This document shows, one piece after another, positions 50,680 through 63,728 of a DNA stretch of 64,000 bases (position 1 is its first letter; the number at the start of each line of letters is the position of its first letter). Source of the stretch: Octopus sinensis (lineage: Eukaryota); assembly GCF_006345805.1 (NCBI RefSeq), contig NW_021833050.1, positions 1 to 64,000 on the forward strand. Reading direction: 5' to 3'. A program made the position numbers and the translations under genes. The notes below the pieces were generated by a model that was given only the letters and a program-made list of their open reading frames with translations, was not told the DNA's origin and ran no database searches.

Positions 50680-52075
50680 TGTTCCCTCCTTTATGGTACG
50701 TCGCCAATCTCCACGGTTGCTGGCAACTGCTTCCCAGTTGCTAATATTGATGATGCAGGCCTTCATGTCCCTTTTGCAAACATCTTTGTAACGTAAGAAC
50801 GGTCTTCCCACAGACCTAGTGCCCCTAGCAAGCTCTCCGTAGAGTATGTCCTTGGGGATTCTGCCATCTTCCATACGGCTAACATCTCCAAGCCATCTCA
50901 TACGTCTTTGTGTGAGGAGTGCAAACATGCTTGGTATTCCTGCTTGCTTGAGGGCATCTTTGTTGGGGACATGATTCTGCCATTTGATGCCAAGGATTTT
51001 CCGAAGGCAGCGCAGGTGAAAGATATTTAGGTGACGCTCTTGGCGTGTGTATGACGTCCAAGTCTCACTTCCATACAGTAGAGTGCTAAGTACACATGCC
51101 TGGTAAATCTTCATTTTTGTGGTCTTGGTCAGCTTATTGTTGTCCCATGCCCGTTTGGAGAGTTGGGCCATCGCAGCAGCTGCCTTGCCAATGCGTATAT
51201 TGAGCTCAGCATCAAGGGATAGGTTGTAGGTGACGATAGAGCCAAGATAGGTAAACTTCTCCACCTCCTGTAGTCTCTAATATGTATGTTTGGGATGTCC
51301 GATGTAGCCTGACCCATGATGTTGGTCTTCTTGAGGCTGATAATTAAGCTAAAGTTGCCACATGCTTGCTCAAATCAGTTGATGAGCCTTTGCAGGGCTG
51401 CTTCTGTGTGTGATACCAGAGCAGCATCATCAGCAAATAGCATCTCCTTGATCAGGACGCTTCTGATTTTGGTCTTGGCACGCAGGCGCAAGAGATTGAA
51501 CAGTTTCCCATCACTTCTACTGTGCAGAAGTGGAGGCGCAATGGCCCAGTGGTTAGGGCAGCGGATTTACGGTCATAGGATCGCGGTTTCGATTCCCAGA
51601 CCGGGCGTTGTGAGTGTTTATTGAGCGAAAACACCTAAAGCTCCACGAGGCTCCGGCAGGGGATGGTGGTGATCCCTGCTGTACTCTTTCACCACAACTT
51701 TCTCTCACTCTTACTTCCTGTTTCTGTTGTACCTGTATTTCAAAGGGCCGGCCTTGTCACTCTCTGTGTCACGCTGAATATCCCCGAGAACTACGTTAAG
51801 GGTACACGTGTCTGTGGAGTGCTCAGCCACTTACACGTTAATTTCACGAGCAGGCTGTTCCGTTGATTCGGATCAACCGGAACCCTCATCGTTGTAACCG
51901 ACGGAGTGCTTACATCCACACTGTGCAGAAACACTCCATCATCTGATGTCTCAAATGCATGTGACAGCAGCAGCGAGAAGATGCCGTTGGCACATTGGAA
52001 AATGTTATCCAAGAACCCTAAAAAGGACGGGTTGGTCATGGCTGGAATCTTCTCTGTTACAGAACTGCATAATCA
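50680..52075 (-). mobile_element. RTE-clade LINE RT fragment interrupted by a SINE
   Basis: FSLLLSHAF...GVFLHSRSDGKLFNL...LFADDAAL...EKFTYLGS...RIGKAAAAM...VLSTLLYGSETW...RMEDGRIPKDILYGEL. Confidence 0.9.
51530..51915 (+). mobile_element. SINE family A inserted in the RTE, 11-bp TSD ACTGTGCAGAA
   Basis: TSD at 51519-51529 and 51920-51930. Confidence 0.88.
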
Positions 52076-54619
52076 GGACCAACCCGAGGGATAAATGCCA
52101 GGCATCGTTTGACATTAACGAAAAGCTCTTAAATTTTTATTCCACTTTAAATTGTCGTACTTCGTAAGTTGTCTCCCTTTAGCTACTTTGAATTATTGCC
52201 AGAGTCAAGGATGTCATTTGTAGTTCGATAGGATTTCAATCAATTCTTTTGGTTCTTAGATAACTTAGATATGTTTCGACCAAAGATTGGTCCAGGCCAT
52301 GTCTAACTTAATAGCACCACCTGATAGGATCATTCGAATCCTGTTTAAGTCAAAAGCCTTGTGATTGGATTTTTTGTTCACATGATTTTAAATGAATCAT
52401 GCATTATCTTGTAGCTATGAGATTTTGATGAGGTAATTATAAATTTTTAGAATGATACTGAAGGGTTAGTGTGAAAGGCCAAATCTGCACAATGTGGACC
52501 CGACAAATGAAGTGAGTCCATGGCTCGCAGGACGGCCTGCTGTGCTTACCTTGGATCGTGGAGTGACCCGCTGTTCTTGAGGAGACTTATTGAGTCAAGT
52601 ACGTCAACGTCAAAATAAAAATTCAAATGAAAATTGTTGTTAAGACACCCGTGCTGGTGACACGTAAAAAGCACCGTCCGAACATGGCAGATACTAGCGC
52701 CCGTGTCGGTGACACGTAAAAGCACCAACCGATCGTGGCCGTTTGCCAGCCTGCCGGTGGCATGTAAAAGACACCCACTATACTCACGGAGTGGTTGGCG
52801 TTAGGAAGGGCATCCAGCTGTAGAAACACTGCCAAATCAGACTGGGCCTGGTGCAGCCTCCATGGCCTACCAGACCCTGGTCGAACCGTCCAACCCATGC
52901 TAGCATGGAAAACGGACGTTAATTGATGATGATGTGGACCTGCTTTATAACAGGAAGAATATTTCAGATGGGTGTGGCCAATTTAAATACTAAAGGATCA
53001 ATTAGTTGTAATAATTTGTTAATTATTAAAGTTCAAATTGTTTTTTTTTAAGGAAATTATTATTATTTTGCAGTCATTCTCAATTAACCCTTTAGTGTTC
53101 AGATTATTCAATTAACCCTTTGGTGTTTAAGCCGGCCATATCCGGCCCAAATATCCTACGTGTTTACATTCAAACTGGCCATATCTAACCCCTCACACCT
53201 AACCTACATTGACATTCTAAGAATAAACTATCACACCATTGAAACTTCAAAGCTGTAAGATAATGTATGATTAATTGAAAATAATTTGAGTGAAAAAAGT
53301 ATTACATTTAACAGATTAATCTGAATACTAAAGGGTTAAACATAATGCTTATTAATTCCCATTGATTTGAATTAATCATGCATTATCTCATATCTTCAAG
53401 ATCTTGATGGTGTAATTACTTAATGTAGAATAACATTGTAGGGTAGGTGTGAGAGCCTGGATCTGGTCAGTTTGGACATAAAACAGATTAACTATTTTGG
53501 CCGGATATGGCCGGTTTAAATACTAAAGGGTTAAACAATTGTTTTAAAACTTGACACAAACTCACCAGAAACTGTCCCTGGTTTTATGATACAAATCACT
53601 TGTTTTAAAATGATCGTTAATTAAAACCTTCCATCATAATCTCATGTTAATTTATATTTCAAATACTAGCTTAATAACAACAAAACCATTTTACTAAAGT
53701 TTTTATTAGTTTCAAAATCAATTAAGACAAAATCAGCATTTCAGCAGAAATATGGTAATGAAAGATATATGTATGTATGTATATATATATATCACACACA
53801 CATACTACAAACAGACTATACATGCAGTTATATATGTGTATGATGTTCTTTATTTTATTAAAAAAAATTCACTCAGTCCACTTATGCATACCTTTCCTTC
53901 TTGGGACAAGACCTGTTGAGGCAGGTGAGAATCAGAATCAAAATTGAAATCGATCAACATCAATGGAAAATGTAGCTGTGATACCAGTGCCGGTGGCACA
54001 TAAGCAAACCATACATACATGGCCGTAGTCAGCTCCGTCCCGATGGGCCTCTGTGCCAGTGGCATGTAAAAAGCACCATCCGATCCTGGCAACGGCCACC
54101 CATGCTGGTGGTATGTAAAAAGCACCATCCCATTGTAGCAACAGCCACCTATGCTGGTGGCACATAAAAAGCACCATCCAACTGTGGCCGTTTGCCAGCC
54201 TCATCTGGCACCTGTGCCAGTGGCACGTAAAAAGCACCTACTACACTCACGGAGTGGTTGGCATTAGGAAGGGCATCCAGCCGTAGAAACATTGCCAGAT
54301 CAGACTGGGCCTGGTGCAGCCTCCTGGCTTCCCAGACCCCACCTGAACCATCCAACCCATGCTAGCATGGAAAACGGACGCTAAATGATGATGATGTTAG
54401 TGTATACATCGTCTTCTTGATGAAGTCTTTGTGGAAATTCACTTCCATGTCTGTGTGTTCAAATCTATAAACATGGATGTGTACATCTGTGCATATGTAT
54501 GTCAGTCTGTATACATGAGTATAAATGTGAGCTTATTATGTAGAGCATTATACACATTTTACATATAGCTCTATATTTAAGAGATTAGGAATTATGTACA
54601 TTGTTTACATTCAACGGAT

Positions 54620-54975
54620 ATTTCTCCTCATCTTGTTTGTTGTTAACACAACGTTTCGGCTGATATACCCTCCAGCCTTCATCAGGTGTCTTGGGGAAAT
54701 TTCAAACCTGGGTTCTCATTCCTAAGGTATTTTTCAATGTTATTATTATTGTTATCATCATCATCATCATCATTATTATATGCCCACGGGCATATGGCGT
54801 AGTGGTTAAGATTCCGAGTTTGATTCCAGGCAATGACCTGAATAATAATAACAATAATAACATTGAAAAACACTGTAGGAATGAGAACCCAGGTTCGAAA
54901 TTTCCCCAAGACACCCGATGAAGGCTGGAGGGTATATCAGTCAAAATGTTGTGTTAACAAAAAACAAGAGGACAA
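54620..54975. repeat. Long imperfect palindrome (Penelope-like inverted-repeat style)
   Basis: About 120-bp arms around a (TAT)/(CAT)/(AAT) centre. Confidence 0.85.
54645..54690 (-). ncRNA. Minimal type-I hammerhead motif (dimer-type) in a palindromic repeat
   Basis: GACAC-CUGAUGA-A-GGCUG/CAGCC-GAAA-CG-UU-GUGUU. Confidence 0.55.
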
Positions 54976-55284
54976 ATATCCATCAAATGTAAATAATGTA
55001 CATTTACATATATTAACCATAAATGTCTTGGAAAAATAAAATATACATGCAGCAGAATTTATTTGCATCATCAACCTCCGATGGTCTCTCCAAGTTGTCT
55101 CTGCTTTGCAGAATTGATGATAAAAGGAAGTTTCAACATCAAAATACACACAAGTGTATATACGCCTACTCATTAATGTATGAGCACACAATTTTGTGTA
55201 TGTGTGAATATAACTGTGTATGTATGTATGTGTGTGTATGTATGTATATATAAACATATATATACATACAAGAATAACTTCGGT

Positions 55285-55374
55285 AATTTGGTACGATCGT
55301 TTCATGCTACATCATTTTATTAAATGTTGTAAGTATTACAACAGTTTTAAAATGCTGAGCACTCATCAGCCATT
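55285..55374 (-). ncRNA. Type-I hammerhead ribozyme motif, left arm of palindrome
   Basis: AUGG-CUGAUGA-GUGCU...AGCAU-GAAA-CGAUCG-UA-CCAAAUU; all core nucleotides present. Confidence 0.7.
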
Positions 55375-55435
55375 AATAAAGGATTTCCATTATTTTCATT
55401 GATATGAAAATCATGTATTAATGGAAAACCTCTAT

Positions 55436-55526
55436 AATTGGCTGATGAGTGCTCAGCATTTTAAAACTGTTGTAATACTTACAACATTTAATAAAATGAT
55501 GTAGCGTGAAACGATCGTAGCAAATT
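55436..55526 (+). ncRNA. Type-I hammerhead motif, right arm of palindrome (first stem I pair broken)
   Basis: AAUUGG-CUGAUGA-GUGCU...AGCGU-GAAA-CGAUCG-UA-GCAAAUU. Confidence 0.55.
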
Positions 55527-56320
55527 ACCGAAGTTATTCTTGTTGCTTATTCTGATTATATATATATATATATATATATACATATATATAAAATACTTCA
55601 GTTAAGTGGATGTAGGGTGAGGAACTCAAAAAGAAAAACAAAAAAACATTTTCACTGTGATATATGTGGTATATCATTCTAGTCTTTATGGTTGATAAAT
55701 GTAGTCATACAGGAGAAAACCCATCCACTGTGATATACAGAAAAGCCTATTATTAAGGGCCACTGAAAAACACACAAATACAGGGCAAAAAAACCCCTTC
55801 CACTGTGAATTATGTGAGAAATCACTTATTATCTCATCATCACTTAACACCAGGGTGATGTCCTAGTTTAACGTTCAATTTAATCAAGGGAAACATTAAC
55901 ATTAAGTGAAAAAGCTGAGAACCACTGATCTAATGCAAACTTTTCTCAGGGGCCCATGGCCCTTCAAATTTTATCGTGGATCCCTGATATACTACTTTGT
56001 TATGTTGTCCCCTATAAAATCTTATATGAAATTTCAGGGTCTCTATGGACCTAGTTGAGAACCGCCGCTGGTTTAACATTTAAACCAGCTATGGCAGTGC
56101 CCCAGCATGGCCTCAGGTAAAAGGTAATATCTGAACCAAATAGTCAACTTGTTTTATGTTCAAACTGACCACATCTGGCCTCTCACACCCACCCAACAAT
56201 GTCATTCAAAGATGAATGGTGGTGGGGAAATGAACAGAAAATACACACACAGTTTATTAACTAAATTCGCTCACAAGGCATTGGTCAGCCTGGAGATATT
56301 GTGGAAGATACTAGGCGAAA

Positions 56321-56958
56321 CTTTTCGGTTTGAAGGGCAGTTTTTAACATTTAATTTCTAGGTAACTAAAAAATTTTAAACTTCGCATACTGGTAGAATG
56401 TGTTTATAAAACATCTTTTTCTCTTGGCTTTATTGAGAAAATTGTATAGTTTGTAAGATATTTGTTGTTTTTTTTCTGCAATTTCAACCAATCACTGATG
56501 TCTATTGAGGTAAAAAAAACATTCTGTGCCGTATGAATATGTCCCACGGGATCTTTTCGGTTTGAACGGCAGTTTTTAACATAATTTCTAGGTAACTAAA
56601 AAATTTTAAACTTCGCATACTGGTAGAATGTGTTTATAAAACATCTTTTTTTCTTGGCTTTATTGAGAAAATTCTATAGTTTGTAAGATATTTGTTGTTT
56701 TTTTTTCTTCAATTTCTGCAATTTCAACCAATCACTGACGTCTATTGATGTAAAAAAAAATATTCTGTGCCGTATGAATATGTCCCTCGTTTAAGAAACA
56801 GATTGGGTTTATTTACATTTGTGAAGAAAAAAAGATACCCTTCCCCCCACCCCTAAAACAGATTGAAATGCAATAGATCGATACAAGTGTCATAATTATG
56901 GGTGACAATTTCATATGACAACCCTAGAAAAAAACTGCCGTTCAAACCGAAAAGATCC
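56321..56958. mobile_element. GGATC-TIR MITE with duplicated 5' portion, inserted in a SINE fragment
   Basis: Left TIRs at about 56321 and 56549, right TIR ending at 56958. Confidence 0.75.
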
Positions 56959-57776
56959 TACTTGCCCAAGGTACTAAACTGGAAGCAAACTTCTTAAACA
57001 TGCTTGTACCACGACTATACATACATATATATATAAGTGTGTGTGTGCATGTATAATAGTCGTTGGTTATGACAGGGCAGTTATGGGGTTGATAGATCGA
57101 GATAGATTAACGATTGTTTTTATGCTTAGTTACAATAAAAAAAAATTACATTAATTTGATGGGTTACGCTACACTGTTGTAGAATACAAATTTATTTTTA
57201 ACCCTTTAGGGTTCACATTATTCTGCCAAAATTAATCCTTTTTCATCCACATTGTTTTGAACTAATCATGAATTATCTTGTAGTTATGAGATTTTGATGA
57301 GGTAGCTGTTGATTTTTAAAACGATATTGTAGGGTTGGTGTGAGAGACCAGATCTGGCCAGTTTGAACATAAAACAGGCAGAATACTTTTGGCCGGATAT
57401 GGCCGGTTTGAATGCTAAAGGGTTAAACAAGAATGTTGTTGACAATGACTTCAAAGTTACAATCAACAACATTCAAGTTAACATTTATGCTAGAAACAGC
57501 AGTTAAGATTATAATTGTAAAGAACCAGTAAAGAAGGAACAGTTTAAGTCAAGTGAGCTGTCTCTTGTGGGACGAAACTGAAAGAATGTTAAGCTCTCCA
57601 CAAGAAATAGAAGATTAATTTATTTTATGAACGAAAACCAAAACATTACCACCTTTACGTATGTTTGCGGTTCTACGTAAAAAGCTCTATCACTTCGTCT
57701 ACAAAGGCACCTTCGCCATATCCTTTACCCTCCTCATAATTTTCATCACCAACACCATCATTCACTATCATCGCCG

Positions 57777-58040
57777 TCACAACATCAGTTCATCATCATC
57801 TGGTCCCGTCACCTGGACACTTTCCAGTCGGTTGACCACAAAATTGGTTGTGTCAATGAAACGTTCCACACAGTTGGCGATGCATGACTCGGTGCGACTG
57901 TCCAACTTCTGTCCTGTCTTGTCCACGCATATGTCCCAACACTGCTCGTTCAGGGTGTGCACCAGCTGCTGGAATTTCTGCTTCTGGGTTTCAATCTCTA
58001 GGAACTGCTGCACGCGCGCATCCTTCAAGACGCTCGACAT
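57777..58040 (-). CDS. TIMM8: Mitochondrial import inner membrane translocase subunit Tim8 (small Tim, twin CX3C), single exon
   Basis: 87-aa ORF with [28 protein letters not shown]...[27 protein letters not shown]. Cannot distinguish the A and B paralogue. Confidence 0.93.
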   Translation of the reverse strand: MSSVLKDARVQQFLEIETQKQKFQQLVHTLNEQCWDICVDKTGQKLDSRTESCIANCVERFIDTTNFVVNRLESVQVTGPDDDELML

Positions 58041-58160
58041 CGTGCGAAGGAGAGATCGGTAGAGGTGGTCGCGGGTTCAAAGTGTGATATGTCCAAGGTT
58101 TGCAAACTGAAAGAAATAGAAAATTGTTCATGTGGTGATGTATGTATGCGACATTATATA

Positions 58161-58563
58161 CTCTTTTACTTGTTTCAGTCATTTGACTGCGGCCATGCTG
58201 GAGCACCGCCTTTAGTCGAGCAAATCGACCCCGGGACTTATTCTTTGTAAGCTCAGTACTTATTCTATCGGTCTCTTTTGCCGAACCGCTAAGTGACGGG
58301 GACGTAAACACACCAGCATTGGTTGTCAAGCAATGCTAGGGGGACAAACACAGACACACAAACACATACACACACACATATATATATATATATATACATA
58401 TATACGACAGGCTTCTTTCAGTTTCCGTCTACCAAATCCACACACAAGGCATTGGTCGGCCCGGGGCTATAGCAGAAGACACTTGCCCAAGATGCCACGC
58501 AGTGGGACTGAACTCGGAACCATGTGGTTGGTTAGCAAGCTACTTACCACACAGCCACTCCTG
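58161..58563 (-). mobile_element. SINE family B immediately upstream of TIMM8
   Basis: Family body. Confidence 0.82.
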
Positions 58564-58827
58564 TGCCAGATTATACATATATATATATATTTCTTTACTG
58601 CCCAGAAGGGGCTAAACATAGAGGGGACAAACAAGGACAGACGAAGGGATTGAGTCGATTATATCGACCCCAGTACGAAACTGGTATTTTATTTATTGAC
58701 CCCGAAAGGATGAAAGGCAAAGTTGACCTCGGTGGAATTTGAACTCAGAACGTAACGACAGACCGCTAAGCATTTCGCCCGGCGCACTAACGTTTCTGCA
58801 AGCTCGCCGCCTATATATATACATATA

Positions 58828-59222
58828 GGCGCAGGAGTGGCTGTGTGGTAAGTAGCTTGTTTACCAACCACATGGTTCCGGGTTCAGTCCCACTGTGTGG
58901 CACCTTGGGAAAGTGTCTTCTACTAAAGCCTCGGGCCGACCAAAGCCTTGTGAGTGGATTTGGTAGATGGAAACTGAAAGAATTCCGTCGTATATATGTA
59001 TATGTATGTATATATATATATATATATAGATATATATATGCGTGTGTGTGTTTGTTCCCCTAGCATTGCTTGACAACCGATGCTGGTGTGTTTACGTCCC
59101 CGGCAAAAGTGACTGATAGAATAAGTACTGGGCTTACAAAAGAATAAGTCCCGGGGTCGAGTTGCTCGATTAAAAGGCGGTGCTCCAGCATGGCCGCAGT
59201 CAAATGACTGAAACAAGTAAAC
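58828..59222 (+). mobile_element. SINE family B
   Basis: Family body. Confidence 0.8.
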
Positions 59223-59244
59223 AAGTAGATTTCGGCATGTAAAA

Positions 59245-59575
59245 GCCCCATTCAAAGAAGGTTTAAGTAATACAAAGTAATTAAGGGTTTAGCAACGATT
59301 TGCCTCACCACACACCGAATTTAGAAATAGCAGTCAAAGAGTTTTGGCTATTCTTTCTACTTAAAAGGGGGAGATCCCAGTAAAACACCACAGCACTTAA
59401 AAGGCAAACAACGGAGGCAAATAGGAAAGAAATGACCTTAATCATTCTATATTAATGTAGAATGATTATCGTCATTTCTTTCTCTTTAGAATAGCCAAAA
59501 CTCTTTGACTGCTATTTCTAAATTCGGTGTGTGGTGAGGCAAATCGTTGCTAAACCCTTAATTACTTAGTATATA
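59245..59575. repeat. Long imperfect palindrome / foldback element
   Basis: taattaagggtttagcaacg...ttggctattct and its reverse complement. Confidence 0.8.
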
Positions 59576-59762
59576 TATATATATATAGGTACTATTTAAG
59601 AAGAATGGTCCCGGTGTGCGCACTTGTGACTAGTCGATCCTATAACGACTACCAAGCAAAGTAAATAAAACACAAAAACGCAAAATAAGGATCGACTAGT
59701 CATGACTAGCTAGTGCCGACACGCGAGTGCGCGCACCGGCACCACTCTTCATATATAGTACC

Positions 59763-59793
<31 letters not shown>

Positions 59794-59840
59794 GTAAAAA
59801 AAACATAGAATCGAAAGAAGCACACTATGATGTAGAACGG

Positions 59841-59896
<56 letters not shown>

Positions 59897-60230
59897 GATG
59901 ATGATGCAAAGAGGAAAAATAGAAATCAACAAAATATTAGTGTATGTATAGTTTTCTATTTGAGCGTAGTGTGTAGAGGTAAAATAGTATAATATATATA
60001 TATATATATATATCTTATAGTTCACCTTTTAGCGATCTGTTCTGTTCTGTGAATGACCCTTAAGTCCTCATCCGAGCAGGTGCCCTTCGCCGAATACGAA
60101 ACTGTGAATGAAGTATATTCAGTGACATCTGGCGTATAAACGATAAAATCAAGTCCAATAACTCTTGGTCGACAAACGGTTTACTGAGCTTCTTTTACTT
60201 CCAGTTATTAATATCCCGAGTGCGGAATCG

Positions 60231-61068
60231 GGATCTTTTCGGTTTGAACGGCAGTTTTTAATATAATCTCTAGGTAACTAAAAAAAGGCGATCTTTCGTC
60301 TCTAGTAGACCTTTCCGTCGATTTCCGTAAAAAAAATTTTTTTTTTTTACATATGGGCTTGCGGGAACTTTTGAAGTAATATACATACATATACACATAC
60401 ACCGAGTAAAAAATTTCAGTTATCTCTTTCTTTCACACATTACTCTGTCTCTTCACACACACTAACAGAAGCACTTCACTTACACAACATACTGTCTGTC
60501 CCCCACACCCCATCAAACACACACACACACATACACACATGTACATCAATGCTCCCCTGGACGGTAACTTCAAAAGAACTTCCCTCGTCATACAATCGCT
60601 TTCTCTTAGTCTCTTTCGCTCTCATTACTTCAAAAGTTCCCGCAAGCCCATATGTAAAAAATAAATTTTTTACGGAAATCGACGGAAAGGTCTACTAGAG
60701 ACGAAAGATTGCCGTAAACTGGTAGAATGTGTTTATAAAACATCTTTTTCTCTTGGCTTTATTGAGAAAATTCTATAGTTTGTAAGATATTTGTTGTTTT
60801 TTCTTCAATATCTGCAATTTCAACCAATTACTGACGTCTATTGAGGTAAAAAAAACAAAACATTCTGTGCCGTATGAATATGTCCCTCGTTTAAGAAACA
60901 GATTGAGTTTATTTACATTTCTGAAGAAAAAAAGATACCCTTCCCCCACCCCTAACCCTAACCCTAAAACAGATTGAAATGCAATAGATCGATACTAGGG
61001 TCATAATTATGGGTGACAATTTCATAGGACACCGCTAGAAAAAACTGCCGTTCAAACCGAAAAGATCC
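60231..61068. mobile_element. GGATC-TIR MITE carrying a nested MITE
   Basis: TIRs at 60231 and 61068; interrupted at about 60287-60713. Confidence 0.78.
60287..60713. mobile_element. Nested MITE with about 100-bp TIRs
   Basis: ggcgatctttcgtctctagtagacc...cttttgaagtaat and its reverse complement. Confidence 0.75.
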
Positions 61069-61360
61069 AATATCACCGCTTTTATTAGTTATCTCCCCTT
61101 TAATATTTATCTTCTTGTTTTATGTAAACTGACCAATTACCCAGAATCGAAATCTCCATAGACGAAAACGTGGTTTTCTGGTTAAAAAAAAAGTGGGAGG
61201 GAGTGGGTTATGTTACCCCCCCCCCCCCGACCAAAAGAATAACAGCCTTCACTTCACACTCCAAAGTAGGAAACGTAAACATGTCCAGCTTGTCCACACA
61301 ACTGCACCGAAACAACTACAATTCTGGCTGAAGCGGGCCGATGTATGGTTTGCAGGACAA

Positions 61361-61495
61361 TCTTTATATATAAAAGTGAGGTTGTGTGTCTGTCTCCTAC
61401 GATTTAGATTCCTAACTACTCCCACATTTTGCAGTGCAGTTTAACCAAAACCGCGTATCTTATAGTCGTGATTCATATCGAGCCCTTCTGGGTAT
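61361..61495 (+). mobile_element. 3'-truncated copy of the Helitron-like family
   Basis: A|TCTTTATATATAAAAG start, near-identical to the first 130 bp of the 18779 element. Confidence 0.65.
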
Positions 61496-63335
61496 TTCTT
61501 TCTTCTATCTCATTTTCCCATTCCTGCTTTCATTTCGCCGTTAATACCTTAAATCAGTGCTTTTCAAACTTTTTGCTGGAGTGGAACCCCAAGGAAGCAT
61601 TCCACTGGCTCGAGGAATGTGTGTATATTCTCTACCTACGCCAGAAACAAAAAGGAAGGTTACCTACCAGGGGTCACTAATGCTAGCATCCTATCCCTGT
61701 GCAATAATTTAATAGTCTTATGCACACATATCTGCACAGGAGTCTTTAAAATTACTGGTGATTTTAGCAGTTTTGTAACTTCTTGCGGAACCCCTGGACT
61801 GTACTGGCAGAACCCTGGTTGAAAACCACTGCCTTAAATGTTTATTTACTAATCAGCTTGTGTGTTTCACCCGTCGCTACGTTCTGAGTTCAAACTCCGT
61901 GCGAGGTTCACTTTTCCTTACATGCTTTTTGGGTCGATAAACTAAGTACCAGTCAAACACTGGGGTCGATGCAATCGACTAATTTCCTATCCCCCAAAAT
62001 TTCCTACCTTGTGCTGTTAGTGGAAAGGATTGAAAAGGCGGCAAGCTGGCAGAATCGTTAGCGCGCCAAATGAAATGCTTAGTGGTATTACGCCTGTAGC
62101 GACGTTCTGAGATCAAATTCCGCCGAGGTTGCCCTCAGCAGAATTTGAACTCAGAACGTCAAGTCGGACGAAATACCGCTACGCATTCCGTCCGGCGTGC
62201 TAACGACCGTGCCAGCTTGCCGCCTTAAATAAAGACTATAAAAATAGCATATAAATATTAAGTTAAAAAAAAAAAGAAGAAAAATTGAATGCTGTCCGTG
62301 GAACTAGAACCCGCATCGCCTTTAGACATAAGAGATATTGGATCTTTTCCTTTTGAACGGCAGTTTTCAACACAATTTCTAGTTAACTTTAACACTTTAA
62401 AACTTCGTATACTGGTAGAATGTGTCAAACCAAGTAAATAAATGAGACACATAACAGTAGTTTTTACAGGTTTTTATTCTCAATTACAAATCAGGAAAAC
62501 TGGTAGAAATGAAATACAAACATTAATTCCAATTTAATTTTACAGGTGAAATATTTGTAATTATTAGATTCTATTTATTTCTGAAATTTCACTGCAAACA
62601 ACAACAACATACTTTTCCTTTTTTATTTTGCTCAGTTTTACAGAGAAAGCATTTACAGTCATAAACTCGCTTTATACTTGCAATAATGTAAAGCCATCAT
62701 CATCATCATCGTTTAACGTCCGCTTTCCATGCTAGCATGGGTTGGACGGTTCAACTGGGGTCTGGCAAGCTCGAAGGCTGCACCAGGCCAGTCAGATCTG
62801 GCAGTGTTTCTACAGCTGGATGCCCTTCCTAACGCCAACCACTCCGAGAGTGTAGTGGGTGTTTTTATGTGCCACCGACACAGGTGCCAGACGAGGCTGG
62901 CGAACGGCCATGCTCGGATGGTGTTACGTGCCCTCAGCACGGAGGCCAGTCGATGCGGTACTGCCTATGGTCACGTTCGGATGGTTTTCTTGTGCCACCG
63001 GCACTGGTACCACAAGGATACAAATTCCATTGATGTTCATCGTGATTATAAAAGATAATTTTGTTTGTAAATGTTATCCCAAGGTGATCTTATGGTCTTA
63101 CGGCTATATTTATAGGCACATCATCATCATTCTTCAATATCCATGGGTTAGATGCTTTGACCAGGGCAGGCAAGCCAGGAACCGCACCTGGTTCCAGTCT
63201 GATTTGGTTTGGCTTCTACTGCTGGATGACCTTCCTAATATGCCAACCACTTATATTGATTATCAGTTGCAGAAACAATCATTAATAGATTAAAGAAATA
63301 CCGCAAAAGAAAATTGAAATGTAACCTAATCATAT

Positions 63336-63728
63336 GGCGTAGGAGTGGCTGTGTGGTAAGTAGCTTGTTTACCAACCACATGGTTCCAGGTTCAGTCCCA
63401 CTGCATGGCACCTTGGCCAAGTGTCTTCTACTATAGCCTTGGGCTGACTAAAACCTTGTGAGTGGATTTGGCAGACGGAAACTGAAAGAAGCCCGTCATA
63501 TATATGTATATATATATGTTTGTGTGTCTGTGTTTGTCCCCCTAGCATTGCTTGACAACCGATGCTGGTGTGTTTATGCCCCCGTTAATTAGCGGTTCGG
63601 CAAAAGAGACCGATAGAATAAGTACTGAGCTTACAAAGAATAAGTCCTGGGGTCGATTTGCTCGACTAAAGGCGGTGCTCCAGCATGGCCGCAGTCAAAT
63701 GACTGAAACGATTAACAGAGTAAAAAGA
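63336..63728 (+). mobile_element. SINE family B
   Basis: Family body. Confidence 0.8.

Larger units (their letters stand above)
55268..55550. repeat. Long imperfect palindrome whose arms are hammerhead motifs
   Basis: agaataacttcggtaattt...tcatcagcc and its reverse complement. Confidence 0.88.

Noticed and set aside
57661-58087. Plus-strand ORFs overlapping TIMM8
   Set aside because: Antisense shadows of the Tim8 CDS.
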